A stretch of 20,234 nt of DNA from Candidatus Zhuqueibacterota bacterium. GTDB lineage: Bacteria; Zhuqueibacterota; Zhuqueibacteria; Thermofontimicrobiales; Thiofontviventaceae. Where the stretch lies: positions 1 to 20,234 of the forward strand of contig JAFGDW010000115.1 of NCBI GenBank assembly GCA_016931935.1, read 5' to 3'. Positions 1 to 8,993 of this stretch are shown piece by piece (position 1 is the stretch's first letter; each line of letters opens with the position of its first letter). Made by a program: the position numbers and the translations under genes. The notes below the pieces were generated by a model that made no database searches, had not been told where the DNA came from, and worked only from the letters and a program-made list of their open reading frames with translations.

Positions 1-899
1 ATGAAGCTTGACAAGACTTTTGATACAGCCCCTTAGTCAATGAGAAATTCTGTTGAATGTATTGTGCCTACGATTTGATACACACTCATTTAATTTCAAT
101 TTGGATTTGATTTACATTTTATGCATTATTTTCAAATCTTACTATTGAGTTTACGATTCAAAAACTAAAATTCAGGCAGGGAGAACATTTGTTTCAACAT
201 CAATTATACAAACGATCCCCAAAATCGTTCAATTTATTCTTTATGATATTTGTAGTTAATTGATTGTTCAACCTGTACCTTGCTGAGGGGGAGCTATTGA
301 TAATATATTTATGAAATTTCGAAAATATTTCAAATTTAATGTCTTTTCAAGATTTCACTCTCCTTAGTTTTATAAAATAAAAACTGTTTCCAGACTCAAC
401 TTTATATCCAAGCCATTCGACTTTACTGTTGAACTCATACTTTCCTTGCCTGTCTATGGCAAAAATATTTAAGCACAATCGAAATTATATCGGGTATCAA
501 TTCCCTATCATTATTGTAACAACTATGGGGTACACAACTTTTTAATCATTATGCTTTTTGTTTCAAATAGTGATTGAAAATCAATTTTACTTAGTTTGAA
601 CTAATGGGAAGCGATAGCGAAATAAAGATTGGGAAAACTATGATTATGTCCGGAAAAATAGCTTGCATTTTAGAGCACAAATATGTATTATCAAAAATCA
701 CTGAGACATTATTGTTGGGATAATTTATTACTGAAAATGATAATTCATACCCCAAATGCTGAAAAATGAATTACGCATATGATTTGCTTCTTTTTTTTCA
801 TAATCAACAAACCCATTTTGACAATAATATTTTTTACCTTGTATCCTTTTGTGATTGTATGCCAAAGCGATATTACAGACATGATCAGGAAGTAAAATT

Positions 900-2465
900 A
901 TGAACAAGGAAACGAGTCGAATGAAGTCATCGACCGGAAATATAAACCGGTCACAAAAGGTATTGTCAATTTTAACCGAGATTAATCAGGCGATCAGCCG
1001 GAGTATGACGCTGGAAGATAAACTGCAAGCAACGCTGCGCATTTTGCAGGATCAGTACAAAATAAAATCCGGTGTAGTATTCCTAATGAATGAAGATGGT
1101 AAGTCTCTGAATATGACTGCCTCGATTGGATACCGAACAGATATTGCCAAAACAAAATATCGTCTTGGCGAAGGATTAACCGGGCGCATTGCCGAAACGG
1201 GGAAACCTATAGTTGTCCCGCAGGTAAGTAAGGAGCCACTCTTTTTGAATCGATTAAGCTCATGGGATCCCAAAAAAGATCGAGAACAATCATTTTTTGG
1301 AGTGCCTATCATGCTCGACTATAAAACGCTTGGTGTCGTTAGCATGAGCATGACGTTCAATTCGCGGCGTGATTATGATAATACATTGAAATTTCTTTCA
1401 CTTGTGGCATCCGCACTGTTGCAGCCGATTAGCGTGGAAAATATTATGAAAATGGAACGTCAGAAATTACTCGATGAAAATGTGATGTTAAAACAAAAAT
1501 TGCAGGAAGAGTTCAGTTTCCATAATATCATCGGGAATAGTCATGATATGCGTGACGTGTACGAACAGGTCGCGAAAGTTGCACGTACCAACACGACTGT
1601 GTTGATTCGTGGTGAATCGGGAACCGGGAAAGAATTAATTGCAGCCGCAATTCACTATAATTCACTTCGGGGAGATAAACCATTTATAAGTGTAAACTGT
1701 GGTGCGATTCCTGAGAATCTGATTGAGTCCGAATTCTTCGGGCATGAGAAGGGGGCGTTTACCGGCGCTGTTGCACAAAAAAAAGGCCGATTTGAATTGG
1801 CTGCAGGGGGAACGATTTTCTTGGATGAGGTTGGTGAACTAAGCGCCATGACACAGGTAAAACTTTTACGAGTGCTTCAGGAGCAGGAATTCGAACGGGT
1901 AGGCGGCACCGAAACACTGCGTGTCGATATTCGCGTGATTGCGGCGACTAACGCGAATCTCGAAAAAATGATGAATGAAAATCGTTTTCGGGAAGATTTA
2001 TACTATCGTCTCAATGTTTTTTCAATTTTCCTGCCGCCATTGCGCGAACGTAAAAGTGACATCCTGCTACTGGCCGACCATTTCATGTTGAAATATGGTC
2101 GACAAAACGGTAAATCGATTCGCCGTATTTCCACGCCGGCAATTGATATGTTGATGGCCTATCACTGGCCGGGCAATGTGCGCGAATTAGAAAACTGTAT
2201 TGAGCGTGCAGTGCTTATGTGCGAGGACCAGGTAATCCATAGTTACCACTTGCCACCAACGCTGCAAACCGCTGAAAGTAGCAATACACTCGCTCGGGTT
2301 TCATTAAAGCAGGCAGTAGAGTCGTATGAAAAAGAGTTGATTCAGGATACGCTTAAAACTACGCGCGGCAATAAAGCCCGCGCTGCCCGTATGCTTGATA
2401 CAACCGAGCGAATTATTGGTTATAAAATCAGAAATTATGATATTGAATTAAGCCGATTTAAATAA
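900..2465 (+). CDS. sigma-54-dependent transcriptional activator (bacterial enhancer-binding protein): N-terminal GAF-like sensor, central AAA+ sigma-54 interaction domain, C-terminal Fis-type HTH
   Basis: 521-aa ORF. Walker A GESGTGKE. Diagnostic sigma-54 contact loop GAFTGA ([10 protein letters not shown]). Conserved [13 protein letters not shown] motif at the end of the AAA+ domain. C-terminal HTH ([23 protein letters not shown]). The first ~170 aa are GAF-like. SD AGGAAG lies 7 nt upstream of the ATG. Confidence 0.9.
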   Translation: MNKETSRMKSSTGNINRSQKVLSILTEINQAISRSMTLEDKLQATLRILQDQYKIKSGVVFLMNEDGKSLNMTASIGYRTDIAKTKYRLGEGLTGRIAETGKPIVVPQVSKEPLFLNRLSSWDPKKDREQSFFGVPIMLDYKTLGVVSMSMTFNSRRDYDNTLKFLSLVASALLQPISVENIMKMERQKLLDENVMLKQKLQEEFSFHNIIGNSHDMRDVYEQVAKVARTNTTVLIRGESGTGKELIAAAIHYNSLRGDKPFISVNCGAIPENLIESEFFGHEKGAFTGAVAQKKGRFELAAGGTIFLDEVGELSAMTQVKLLRVLQEQEFERVGGTETLRVDIRVIAATNANLEKMMNENRFREDLYYRLNVFSIFLPPLRERKSDILLLADHFMLKYGRQNGKSIRRISTPAIDMLMAYHWPGNVRELENCIERAVLMCEDQVIHSYHLPPTLQTAESSNTLARVSLKQAVESYEKELIQDTLKTTRGNKARAARMLDTTERIIGYKIRNYDIELSRFK

Positions 2466-2483
2466 TGAACACATTCTAAAAAC

Positions 2484-2509
2484 CGCGAATTACGCGAATG
2501 GACGCGAAT
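2484..2509. repeat. three tandem direct repeats of CGCGAAT with 9-10 bp period (cCGCGAATt aCGCGAATgg aCGCGAATag), ~20 nt after the activator stop codon
   Basis: Read directly: CGCGAAT at 2484-2490, 2493-2499 and 2503-2509. Confidence 0.6.
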
Positions 2510-2536
2510 AGAAATTTATTAAGTTTTATAAAAACA

Positions 2537-2579
2537 ATGCGCCGAAGGACGCATCTGTCCCGCCGAAAAAAGCGGGACA
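2537..2579 (+). terminator. two consecutive stem-loops downstream of the activator gene (ATGCG-ccgaagga-CGCAT, then TGTCCCGC-cgaaaaaa-GCGGGACA); terminator-like but with no U-tract
   Basis: Perfect 5-bp and 8-bp inverted repeats read from the sequence. They lie 70-115 nt after the stop. The following sequence (tgattggtg) is not T-rich. Confidence 0.4.
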
Positions 2580-2721
2580 TGATTGGTGAAAATTAGTGAA
2601 ATTAGTGGTTTATCTCTTTTTAGAGTGGACTCAATAATAGTTGTGTATAATTCCAATAATTTTTGATGGAATTCCATTAAGTAACAATTATATCCAAATT
2701 GATTAAGGAAGGGTTGATTTC

Positions 2722-4359
2722 ATGAAAAATGTAGTACCTGTTCTATTACTTACAACAATGCTAATCTTCTTTTTTATTTCTCCTGGCTACAGTTGCACCA
2801 ATTTCCTGTTCTCAAAAGGGGCGACGATGGATGGCTCGACGATGATAACTTACGCTGCGGATTCTCATGAATTATATGGCGAGCTCTACTATACTCCTGC
2901 CGCGCGCTACACACCCGGAACCATGCTGAATATTTATGAATGGGACACTGGCAATTATCTCGGACAGATCGAACAGGTCGCCGAAACATACACAGTCGTT
3001 GGGAATATGAATGAATACCAGGTGTCGCTCGGCGAAACCACCTACGATGGGCGTACCGAGCTTCAGGATACAACTGCGATTGTGGATTATGGCAGTTTAA
3101 TGTATATTACGCTCCAACGTGCAAAAACCGCCCGCGAAGCCATTCAGATAATGACGGATCTCGTGGAACGTTACGGGTACGCATCGACCGGAGAGTCGTT
3201 TTCCATTGCCGATCCCAACGAAGTCTGGATTATGGATATGATTGGTAAGGGGCCGGGGAATAAAGGTGCCGTTTGGGTGACTCGACGTATTCCGGATGGA
3301 TATATTTCTGCTCATGCCAACTACTCACGTATCAGGCAGTTTCCGCTTGATGACAAGAAAAATTGTCTGTACGCTGAAGATGTGATATCGTTTGCCCGTG
3401 AAAAAGGCTTCTTTTCCGGCAGCGATGCCGAATTCAGTTTTGCCGATGCCTATGCTCCGCCTGATTATGGTGCACTTCGATTTTGTGAAGCACGAGTCTG
3501 GAGCATGTTCAGACGGGCGGCACCATCATTGAACTTATCGACCGATTATGTAAAGGGTGAAAATCTTGATGATCCACTTCCACTGTGGATTAAGCCTGAT
3601 AAGAAATTATCCGTTCATGATGTGATGGAGTTAATGCGTGATCATTTTGAAGGCAGCGAATTTGATATGTCGGTTGATATTGGTGCTGGGCCATACCACT
3701 TGCCGTATCGCTGGCGGCCATTAACATGGATTGTGGATGGTAAAGAATACCTGAATGAACGCGCGACTTCTACCCAGCAGACCGGATTCTCGTTTGTTGC
3801 ACAGGCACGGTCATGGTTGCCCAATCCCATTGGTGGTGTGCTGTGGTTTGGAGTTGATGATACCTACAGTACGGTTTATGTACCGATGTATTGCGGCATA
3901 ACCAACGTTCCCAAAAGTTACGCAGTCGGTACCGCAGATTTTTACCACTTTTCTTGGGAATCAGCCTTTTGGACGTTTAATTTTGTGGCGAACTACGCAT
4001 ATTCACGCTATAGTGAAATGATTAAAGATATTCAAATCGTCCAACGGGAATTAGAAGGTAGTTTTCTTGCGGACCAACCGGCAATTGATGAGGCTGCATT
4101 GCAGCTTTACAAACAGGCGCCGCAGCTCGCGCGCGATTATTTAACATCATATTCAGTCCGACTGGGTAATGAAACTGTTGATCGCTGGCGGACGCTAGGT
4201 GAACAATTGTTAGTAAAATATATGGATGGTAATGTGAAGGATGAATTGGGTCATGTTACGCATCCCGGCTATCCTGAATCGTGGTATCGGAAAATTGTTG
4301 AAGAAGACAGTACGAAATTGAAAATGAAAAAATTGCCCGGAGAACTTGAAACGCATTAA
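2722..4359 (+). CDS. secreted peptidase family C69 dipeptidase (Ntn-hydrolase; N-terminal Cys nucleophile exposed after signal-peptide removal)
   Basis: 545-aa ORF. Hydrophobic signal peptide MKNVVPVLLLTTMLIFFFISPGYS, then CTNFLFSKGATMDGSTMITYAADS. This matches the C69 N-terminal signature C-T-x-[FIL]-L-x-x-K-x-A-[ST]-x-DGS. SD AAGGAAGG lies 9 nt upstream. Confidence 0.8.
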   Translation: MKNVVPVLLLTTMLIFFFISPGYSCTNFLFSKGATMDGSTMITYAADSHELYGELYYTPAARYTPGTMLNIYEWDTGNYLGQIEQVAETYTVVGNMNEYQVSLGETTYDGRTELQDTTAIVDYGSLMYITLQRAKTAREAIQIMTDLVERYGYASTGESFSIADPNEVWIMDMIGKGPGNKGAVWVTRRIPDGYISAHANYSRIRQFPLDDKKNCLYAEDVISFAREKGFFSGSDAEFSFADAYAPPDYGALRFCEARVWSMFRRAAPSLNLSTDYVKGENLDDPLPLWIKPDKKLSVHDVMELMRDHFEGSEFDMSVDIGAGPYHLPYRWRPLTWIVDGKEYLNERATSTQQTGFSFVAQARSWLPNPIGGVLWFGVDDTYSTVYVPMYCGITNVPKSYAVGTADFYHFSWESAFWTFNFVANYAYSRYSEMIKDIQIVQRELEGSFLADQPAIDEAALQLYKQAPQLARDYLTSYSVRLGNETVDRWRTLGEQLLVKYMDGNVKDELGHVTHPGYPESWYRKIVEEDSTKLKMKKLPGELETH

Positions 4360-4371
4360 TTCTTTTGAAGC

Positions 4372-4396
4372 GCCACGCACTTTCAAAGTGTGTGGC
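4372..4396 (+). terminator. stem-loop GCCACGCAC-tttcaaa-GTGTGTGGC (9 bp, one G-U pair) 13 nt after the peptidase stop; no U-tract
   Basis: Inverted repeat read directly. It sits between the C69 peptidase and GH2 genes. Confidence 0.4.
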
Positions 4397-4466
4397 ACGT
4401 TGTCCGTATCAACACTGGAAAGCTTTATATTTTTACAGCACCAAAACCGAAGAGAAAGCGGATTAT

Positions 4467-6974
4467 ATGAAAATAAAAATCCAAATCCTCAAAATAATAA
4501 TATTTTCATTTCTAATTCCACCGCTCTCTGCACAGCCATTCCTCGACCACCGTACTTCCTTCAACCTCGAAACCTGGAAATTCCACAAAGGTGATATTTA
4601 CTCCGCCGAAAATCGCAGCCTGGATACCCGCCAGGGCTGGCAAGACATTACTGTACCACATACATGGAACGCTGACGATGTTCTCACAAATGGAAATTTT
4701 TATTATCAGGGAATCGGCTGGTATCGTACAGAATTTGAATTACCAGCGGATCGTGATAATCAACGATACTTTCTGCGGTTTGATGGTGTTTCGCTTGTGA
4801 CAGACGTATTTATCAATGGCAAATATCTCGGTGAGCACAAAGGTGGGTATTCCGCCTTCTGTTTTGATATTACCTCACACTTAATTCAGGGAGAGAAAAA
4901 TACCATCGCGATAAAAGTGGATAATTCCATGCAGCCTGATGTGGCGCCTTCAGGTGTGTACCTGTATCCGTTGTTCGGAGGCATTTATCGGCCGGTGACC
5001 ATCTTTTGCACCAATGATGTGTGTATTTCCCCGCTTAATTATGCATCAAGCGGTATATATGTCAAACAAAAAAATGTTTCTGCTCAAAACGCTGAATTTG
5101 ATGTGGATGTACTGTTTGACTACACTGCTTATCCTTCATTGCAGCTCACATCAAATGAACTGCTTCCACCGGAAGGTGTGGGTGGAACCGGTATGTATGC
5201 GGAATATTTTAATAATGCCGAATTAACAGGAAGGCCCGTTCATACGCGTATTGATACTGTCATCAACTTTGTTTATGGCGATGGCGCTCCGTTTGGCGAT
5301 ATGTCGAACAATAATTTTTCAGTCCGTTGGACCGGACAATTCATGCCGGAACGCACCGGTACCTACCGTTTTGTTCTTAAAAGTGATGATGGCTCGCGGT
5401 TATGGGTCGATGGTGAACGGCTGATCGATAACTGGGGTTCTCATCCGGTAACAGAAAAAACTGGCGATATTCAGCTTGAGGCACAGAAAACCGTTAATTT
5501 GAAAATTGAATACAATGAGTACACTCAGGGCGCGTCCATAAAATTTGGCTGGACGTATCTACCACAAGCGGATAATCCCATTGAGCTGGTTGCCAACACC
5601 CGGATCGTGTCGGCTGCAGGCAAACTTATAGCGGACGATCAAAAAACGATTACCTTACAGAACGGGAAACAGGCGCATATCACTCATTCATTTGACATTA
5701 ATAAACCCCATTTGTGGGATGCAAAACGTGATCCCTATTTGTACACACTTATTGTGCAGCTTGAAGATTCATCGGGGAATGTGCTTGATACTGTAGAGCA
5801 GCCATTCGGTCTGCGATATTTTGATGTGGATGTTAAACGCGGACTAATTCTGAACGGCAGACCTTATCATTTATATGGCGTGTGTCGACATCAGGAATGG
5901 GAAGGCTTGGGACCAGCGTTGACAGACGAGAATCATGAAAAAGATATTGACTTGATTTGTGAAGTCGGAGCGAATGGAGTCCGGCTGGCGCATTATCAAC
6001 AGGCTGAAAAAATCTACAGCTTATGCGATGAAAAAGGCCTGGTTGTGTGGGCGGAAATACCCAATACACCGGCATATCGCGAGGAGAATCCTGCATATCT
6101 GCAAAATTGTGTCACGCAACTCACCGAGTTAATTTTACAAAACTATAATCATCCATCGATTTTGTTTTGGGGGATGTATAACGAAATTCCCATTCCCACA
6201 GCCGATGTGCAAATACTGCATAACACCGCGAAACAGCTTGATCCGGTTCGGTTGACGACACAGGCAGATTACACCTACGCAACCGATCGTCATTTCGTTA
6301 CCGATGTGGCTGCCTGGAACTGGTATTATGGCTGGTATTACGGGGAGTTCGATCGTTATGGTTCCTGGTATGATGAGCTGTACAAAGAATATCCCACTAT
6401 TAAAGCCGGCTTAAGCGAATATGGCGCCGGTGGCTGCATTGACCAGCAACAGGAGAATCCCGAACGTCCCGATCCGACCAATGGCCGTTTTTTCCCCGAG
6501 CAGTACCAGCGACTGTATCACGAAAACGTCTGGGAGAATATAAAAGACCGGCAGGATATCTGGTGCAAATTTCTCTGGAACATGTTCGACTTTAGCTGGA
6601 CAGTTGCTCATCGTGGTGACCGCGATTTTATCAATCATAAAGGATTGGTCACTCACGATCGTAAGGTTAAGAAGGATGCCTTCTATTTCTACAAGGCTAA
6701 TTGGTCGGATGCGCCGGTACTGTACATCAGCAGTCGCCGTGATACCGAACGGACGGAACCGAATGCACCGGTGGAAGTTTATACTAATCTCGAAGAAGTC
6801 GAGTTATTTGTTAATGGCTTACGAATCTCTGGTAAGCGAATGGATTCAGATATTCACAAACTGATCTGGCAACACGTTAACTTATCTCCGGGACCTAATC
6901 AAATTAGTGTAATTGGGAAAAAAGGCAACAAAACGTTTACGGATAGTTGTGAATGGAATTTAAGTGTGAAATGA
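4467..6974 (+). CDS. glycoside hydrolase family 2 enzyme (beta-galactosidase/beta-glucuronidase-type) with a PA14 domain inserted between the N-terminal sugar-binding and TIM-barrel domains; has a signal peptide
   Basis: GH2 N-terminal motifs WQDITVPHTWN and YQGIGWYRTEF. Sugar-binding block RYFLRFDGVSLVTDVFINGKYLGEHKGGYSAFCFDIT. Acid/base motif WGMYNE and nucleophile motif SEYG. PA14-like insert around 5185-5555 (YAEYFNNAELTGRPV...FSVRWTGQF...GTYRFVLKSDDGSRLWVDGERLIDNWG). The ORF track starts at 4365, but the signal peptide MKIKIQILKIIIFSFLIPPLSAQ begins at the ATG at 4467, so I chose that start. Confidence 0.88.
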   Translation: MKIKIQILKIIIFSFLIPPLSAQPFLDHRTSFNLETWKFHKGDIYSAENRSLDTRQGWQDITVPHTWNADDVLTNGNFYYQGIGWYRTEFELPADRDNQRYFLRFDGVSLVTDVFINGKYLGEHKGGYSAFCFDITSHLIQGEKNTIAIKVDNSMQPDVAPSGVYLYPLFGGIYRPVTIFCTNDVCISPLNYASSGIYVKQKNVSAQNAEFDVDVLFDYTAYPSLQLTSNELLPPEGVGGTGMYAEYFNNAELTGRPVHTRIDTVINFVYGDGAPFGDMSNNNFSVRWTGQFMPERTGTYRFVLKSDDGSRLWVDGERLIDNWGSHPVTEKTGDIQLEAQKTVNLKIEYNEYTQGASIKFGWTYLPQADNPIELVANTRIVSAAGKLIADDQKTITLQNGKQAHITHSFDINKPHLWDAKRDPYLYTLIVQLEDSSGNVLDTVEQPFGLRYFDVDVKRGLILNGRPYHLYGVCRHQEWEGLGPALTDENHEKDIDLICEVGANGVRLAHYQQAEKIYSLCDEKGLVVWAEIPNTPAYREENPAYLQNCVTQLTELILQNYNHPSILFWGMYNEIPIPTADVQILHNTAKQLDPVRLTTQADYTYATDRHFVTDVAAWNWYYGWYYGEFDRYGSWYDELYKEYPTIKAGLSEYGAGGCIDQQQENPERPDPTNGRFFPEQYQRLYHENVWENIKDRQDIWCKFLWNMFDFSWTVAHRGDRDFINHKGLVTHDRKVKKDAFYFYKANWSDAPVLYISSRRDTERTEPNAPVEVYTNLEEVELFVNGLRISGKRMDSDIHKLIWQHVNLSPGPNQISVIGKKGNKTFTDSCEWNLSVK

Positions 6975-6985
6975 AAGGGCATTAA

Positions 6986-7858
6986 ATGCAAAACCGCAGT
7001 ATTATAAAGACATTTTTAAATATCTTATTCATCGCATGCGTCACGTATTTTGCAGGCTGTGCAGCGCTTCAGGAGATCGCCAATATTAAAAAGCCAACGG
7101 CAATAGTTGATCGTGTTCGATTTACCGGCATGACCTTCGATGCCGTGGATTTGGCATTTGATGTGAAAATAAACAATCCCAATCCAATCGCAGCAACATT
7201 GGCAGGTTTCGATTTCGACTTCTTGATCGAGAACAAGTCGTTTCTCACTGGTAATCAAACCAACCAAACAACGATTGCAAGTAATGGTGAAAGTGTCATC
7301 AATATCCCGGTTTCGATACCTTTTAAGCAATTATTCAATACGTACAAATCAATCAGCCAGCAGGATAGCGCCGGTTTTCAATTAAAAAGCGGGATTACGG
7401 TACAATTGCCAGTATTAGGAAATACACGAATTCCCATAAGCTATAGTGGTAAGCTTCCAGTGTTGAAATTGCCGAAGGTGGATTTTGCCGGGATCAATTT
7501 AAAAAAGCTGTCGCTTACACGTGCCGATTTGGAATTGAAAATGAATGTGGATAATCCCAACACATTTGGTTTGAACACCAAAGCATATAATTTTAAATTG
7601 TTCATTAATGATGCCAATTGGGCTAATGGCGCGGCGAATGATAACATTCAGGTCAGGCAAAAGTCGAAACAGACGATTGCGATACCCATTTCACTTAATC
7701 TGTTTGAAATGGGGCGCACTGCGCATGATTTGGTATCCGGCAACCGCTCATTGCAGTACCGATTCGTTGGTGACATGAACGTGGGCACAACCATCCCGAT
7801 GGTTGGTGATGTTGCCATTCCGTTTGACCGGACAGGGAATGTTACAATTACGCGTTAG
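6986..7858 (+). CDS. lipoprotein with two tandem LEA_2 / WHy (LEA14-like, water-stress/hypersensitive-response) domains
   Basis: 290-aa ORF 11 nt after the GH2 stop, so probably co-transcribed. Lipobox-like YFAGC after a signal peptide. Two repeats carry the NPN signature: VDLAFDVKINNPNPIAATLAGFDFDF and ADLELKMNVDNPNTFGLNTKAYNFKLFINDANW. Confidence 0.7.
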   Translation: MQNRSIIKTFLNILFIACVTYFAGCAALQEIANIKKPTAIVDRVRFTGMTFDAVDLAFDVKINNPNPIAATLAGFDFDFLIENKSFLTGNQTNQTTIASNGESVINIPVSIPFKQLFNTYKSISQQDSAGFQLKSGITVQLPVLGNTRIPISYSGKLPVLKLPKVDFAGINLKKLSLTRADLELKMNVDNPNTFGLNTKAYNFKLFINDANWANGAANDNIQVRQKSKQTIAIPISLNLFEMGRTAHDLVSGNRSLQYRFVGDMNVGTTIPMVGDVAIPFDRTGNVTITR

Positions 7859-7962
7859 TGACATTTTATCTGTTCGTTTATCGATTAATGCACACATAAA
7901 ATACACCGGTAATGAAATGTTCCCAAGCATGAAAATTATAGAATGTACTGGTTTCAAATAAA

Positions 7963-8241
7963 TTGGAAAATCAACATAAAAATAAAGCGATTGTCATCAT
8001 CAAAGCGATTGCCGATGGAATACAACGGACAATAATTTTTATCCTGGTCGGCATCATTCGAATTTACCAGAAACTAATTTCGCCGCTATTTCCGCCAACA
8101 TGCCGGTTTACACCAACGTGTTCCCAATATACTGTGGAAGCGTTACGCAAGCATGGCATTTTTAAAGGAGGCTGGCTCGGAATTCGGCGGATTGTACGTT
8201 GCAATCCCTGGGGTGGTAGTGGTTACGACCCGGTACCGTAA
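7963..8241 (+). CDS. yidD: membrane protein insertion efficiency factor YidD
   Basis: [59 protein letters not shown] matches the YidD/DUF37 signature (YQ-ISP-CRF-PTCS-Y-EA...RI-RC-PW--GG-DPV). The frame opens with TTG at 7963 and has no in-frame ATG, so the start is uncertain. Confidence 0.85.
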   Translation: MENQHKNKAIVIIKAIADGIQRTIIFILVGIIRIYQKLISPLFPPTCRFTPTCSQYTVEALRKHGIFKGGWLGIRRIVRCNPWGGSGYDPVP

Positions 8242-8311
8242 AACATAAATTTCAATTCATAAATTAATAAAGGCTGATGGCTAGGGCTGGAAGCTAAAAA
8301 AGGATTATCTC

Positions 8312-8893
8312 ATGATTATTGTATTCGATACTGAAACTACCGGATTACCAAAAAACTGGAACGCGCCGGTCACCGATACCGAAAATTGGCCGCGTATGAT
8401 TCAGATTGCCTGGGTGATCTATGACAAAACAGGCAAACAGCTTGAAGCCAAAGATTATATTATTCGGCCGGAAGGTTTTAACATTCCGAAAGACGCAGAG
8501 CAAATCCACGGTATTTCCACCGAACGAGCTTTGTTTGAAGGCCATGACCTATATATTGTGTTGAAGGAATTTCTCGATGCTGTGGAACGATGCGATTACC
8601 TGGTGGCTCACAACATCAGCTTTGATGAAAAAATTGTCGGTGCGGAAATTATCCGTACGAAAATTAAGTATGCCCGGAATCCTAATATTCAGCGTATCTG
8701 TACCAAAGAGGCCAGCACCGATTATTGCAAGCTACCCGGACCATATGGCTACAAATGGCCGAGCCTGGCTGAGTTACATCGTAAATTGTTTGGTAACGAT
8801 TTTAAGGAAGCCCATCAAGCCGAAGTGGATGTTCAGGCGACAGGGAAATGTTTTTGGGAGTTGGTGCGTTTAGGGGTGATTGAATTAGACTAA
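8312..8893 (+). CDS. DnaQ-like DEDDh 3'-5' exonuclease (DNA polymerase III epsilon-like domain protein)
   Basis: Exo I FDTETTG, Exo II HNISFD and Exo III H-x4-D (AHQAEVD) motifs are all present. 193 aa. Confidence 0.85.
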   Translation: MIIVFDTETTGLPKNWNAPVTDTENWPRMIQIAWVIYDKTGKQLEAKDYIIRPEGFNIPKDAEQIHGISTERALFEGHDLYIVLKEFLDAVERCDYLVAHNISFDEKIVGAEIIRTKIKYARNPNIQRICTKEASTDYCKLPGPYGYKWPSLAELHRKLFGNDFKEAHQAEVDVQATGKCFWELVRLGVIELD

Positions 8894-8993
8894 TGTTTAA
8901 TCAGAACGTTCACACGGATTAATAACGGCGACGTACTACGCACTTTAATTGTAACTGTTCAATAAATTAGGGAATTAATAGTACGGTATTGTC

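Noticed and set aside
690-760. A CTGAGA motif, suggestive of a TPP riboswitch, upstream of the activator gene.
   Set aside because: There is no accompanying GGGG(T/C)GC, ACCTGATC or GGATAATGCC blocks in the right order.
4389-4406. TGGCACG at 4393-4399 as a sigma-54 -24 element.
   Set aside because: The downstream spacing gives TTGTCC/GT instead of the TTGC(A/T) -12 element (GG-N10-GT). It is also the 3' arm of the terminator-like hairpin.
4365-4466. The ORF-track N-terminal extension of the GH2 gene (MKRHALSKCVARCPYQHW…), and the overlapping + strand ORFs 4346-4594 and 4591-4800.
   Set aside because: The extension covers the inter-operon hairpin and has no SD. The signal peptide clearly begins at the ATG at 4467. 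The other two ORFs are alternative frames of the GH2 gene.
8242-8311. The GGCTGATGGCTAGGGCTGG motif before the exonuclease gene, as a possible sigma-54 or repeat element.
   Set aside because: No GG-N10-GC spacing fits. A short GGCT reiteration alone is not informative.
8577-8873. The alternative-frame ORF with a KLSVRKLSVRKLS repeat inside the exonuclease gene.
   Set aside because: It is produced by an imperfect ~15-nt tandem DNA repeat (AAATTGTCGGTGCGG / AAATTATCCGTACGA) within the real exonuclease frame, which has intact Exo I-III motifs. No independent support.
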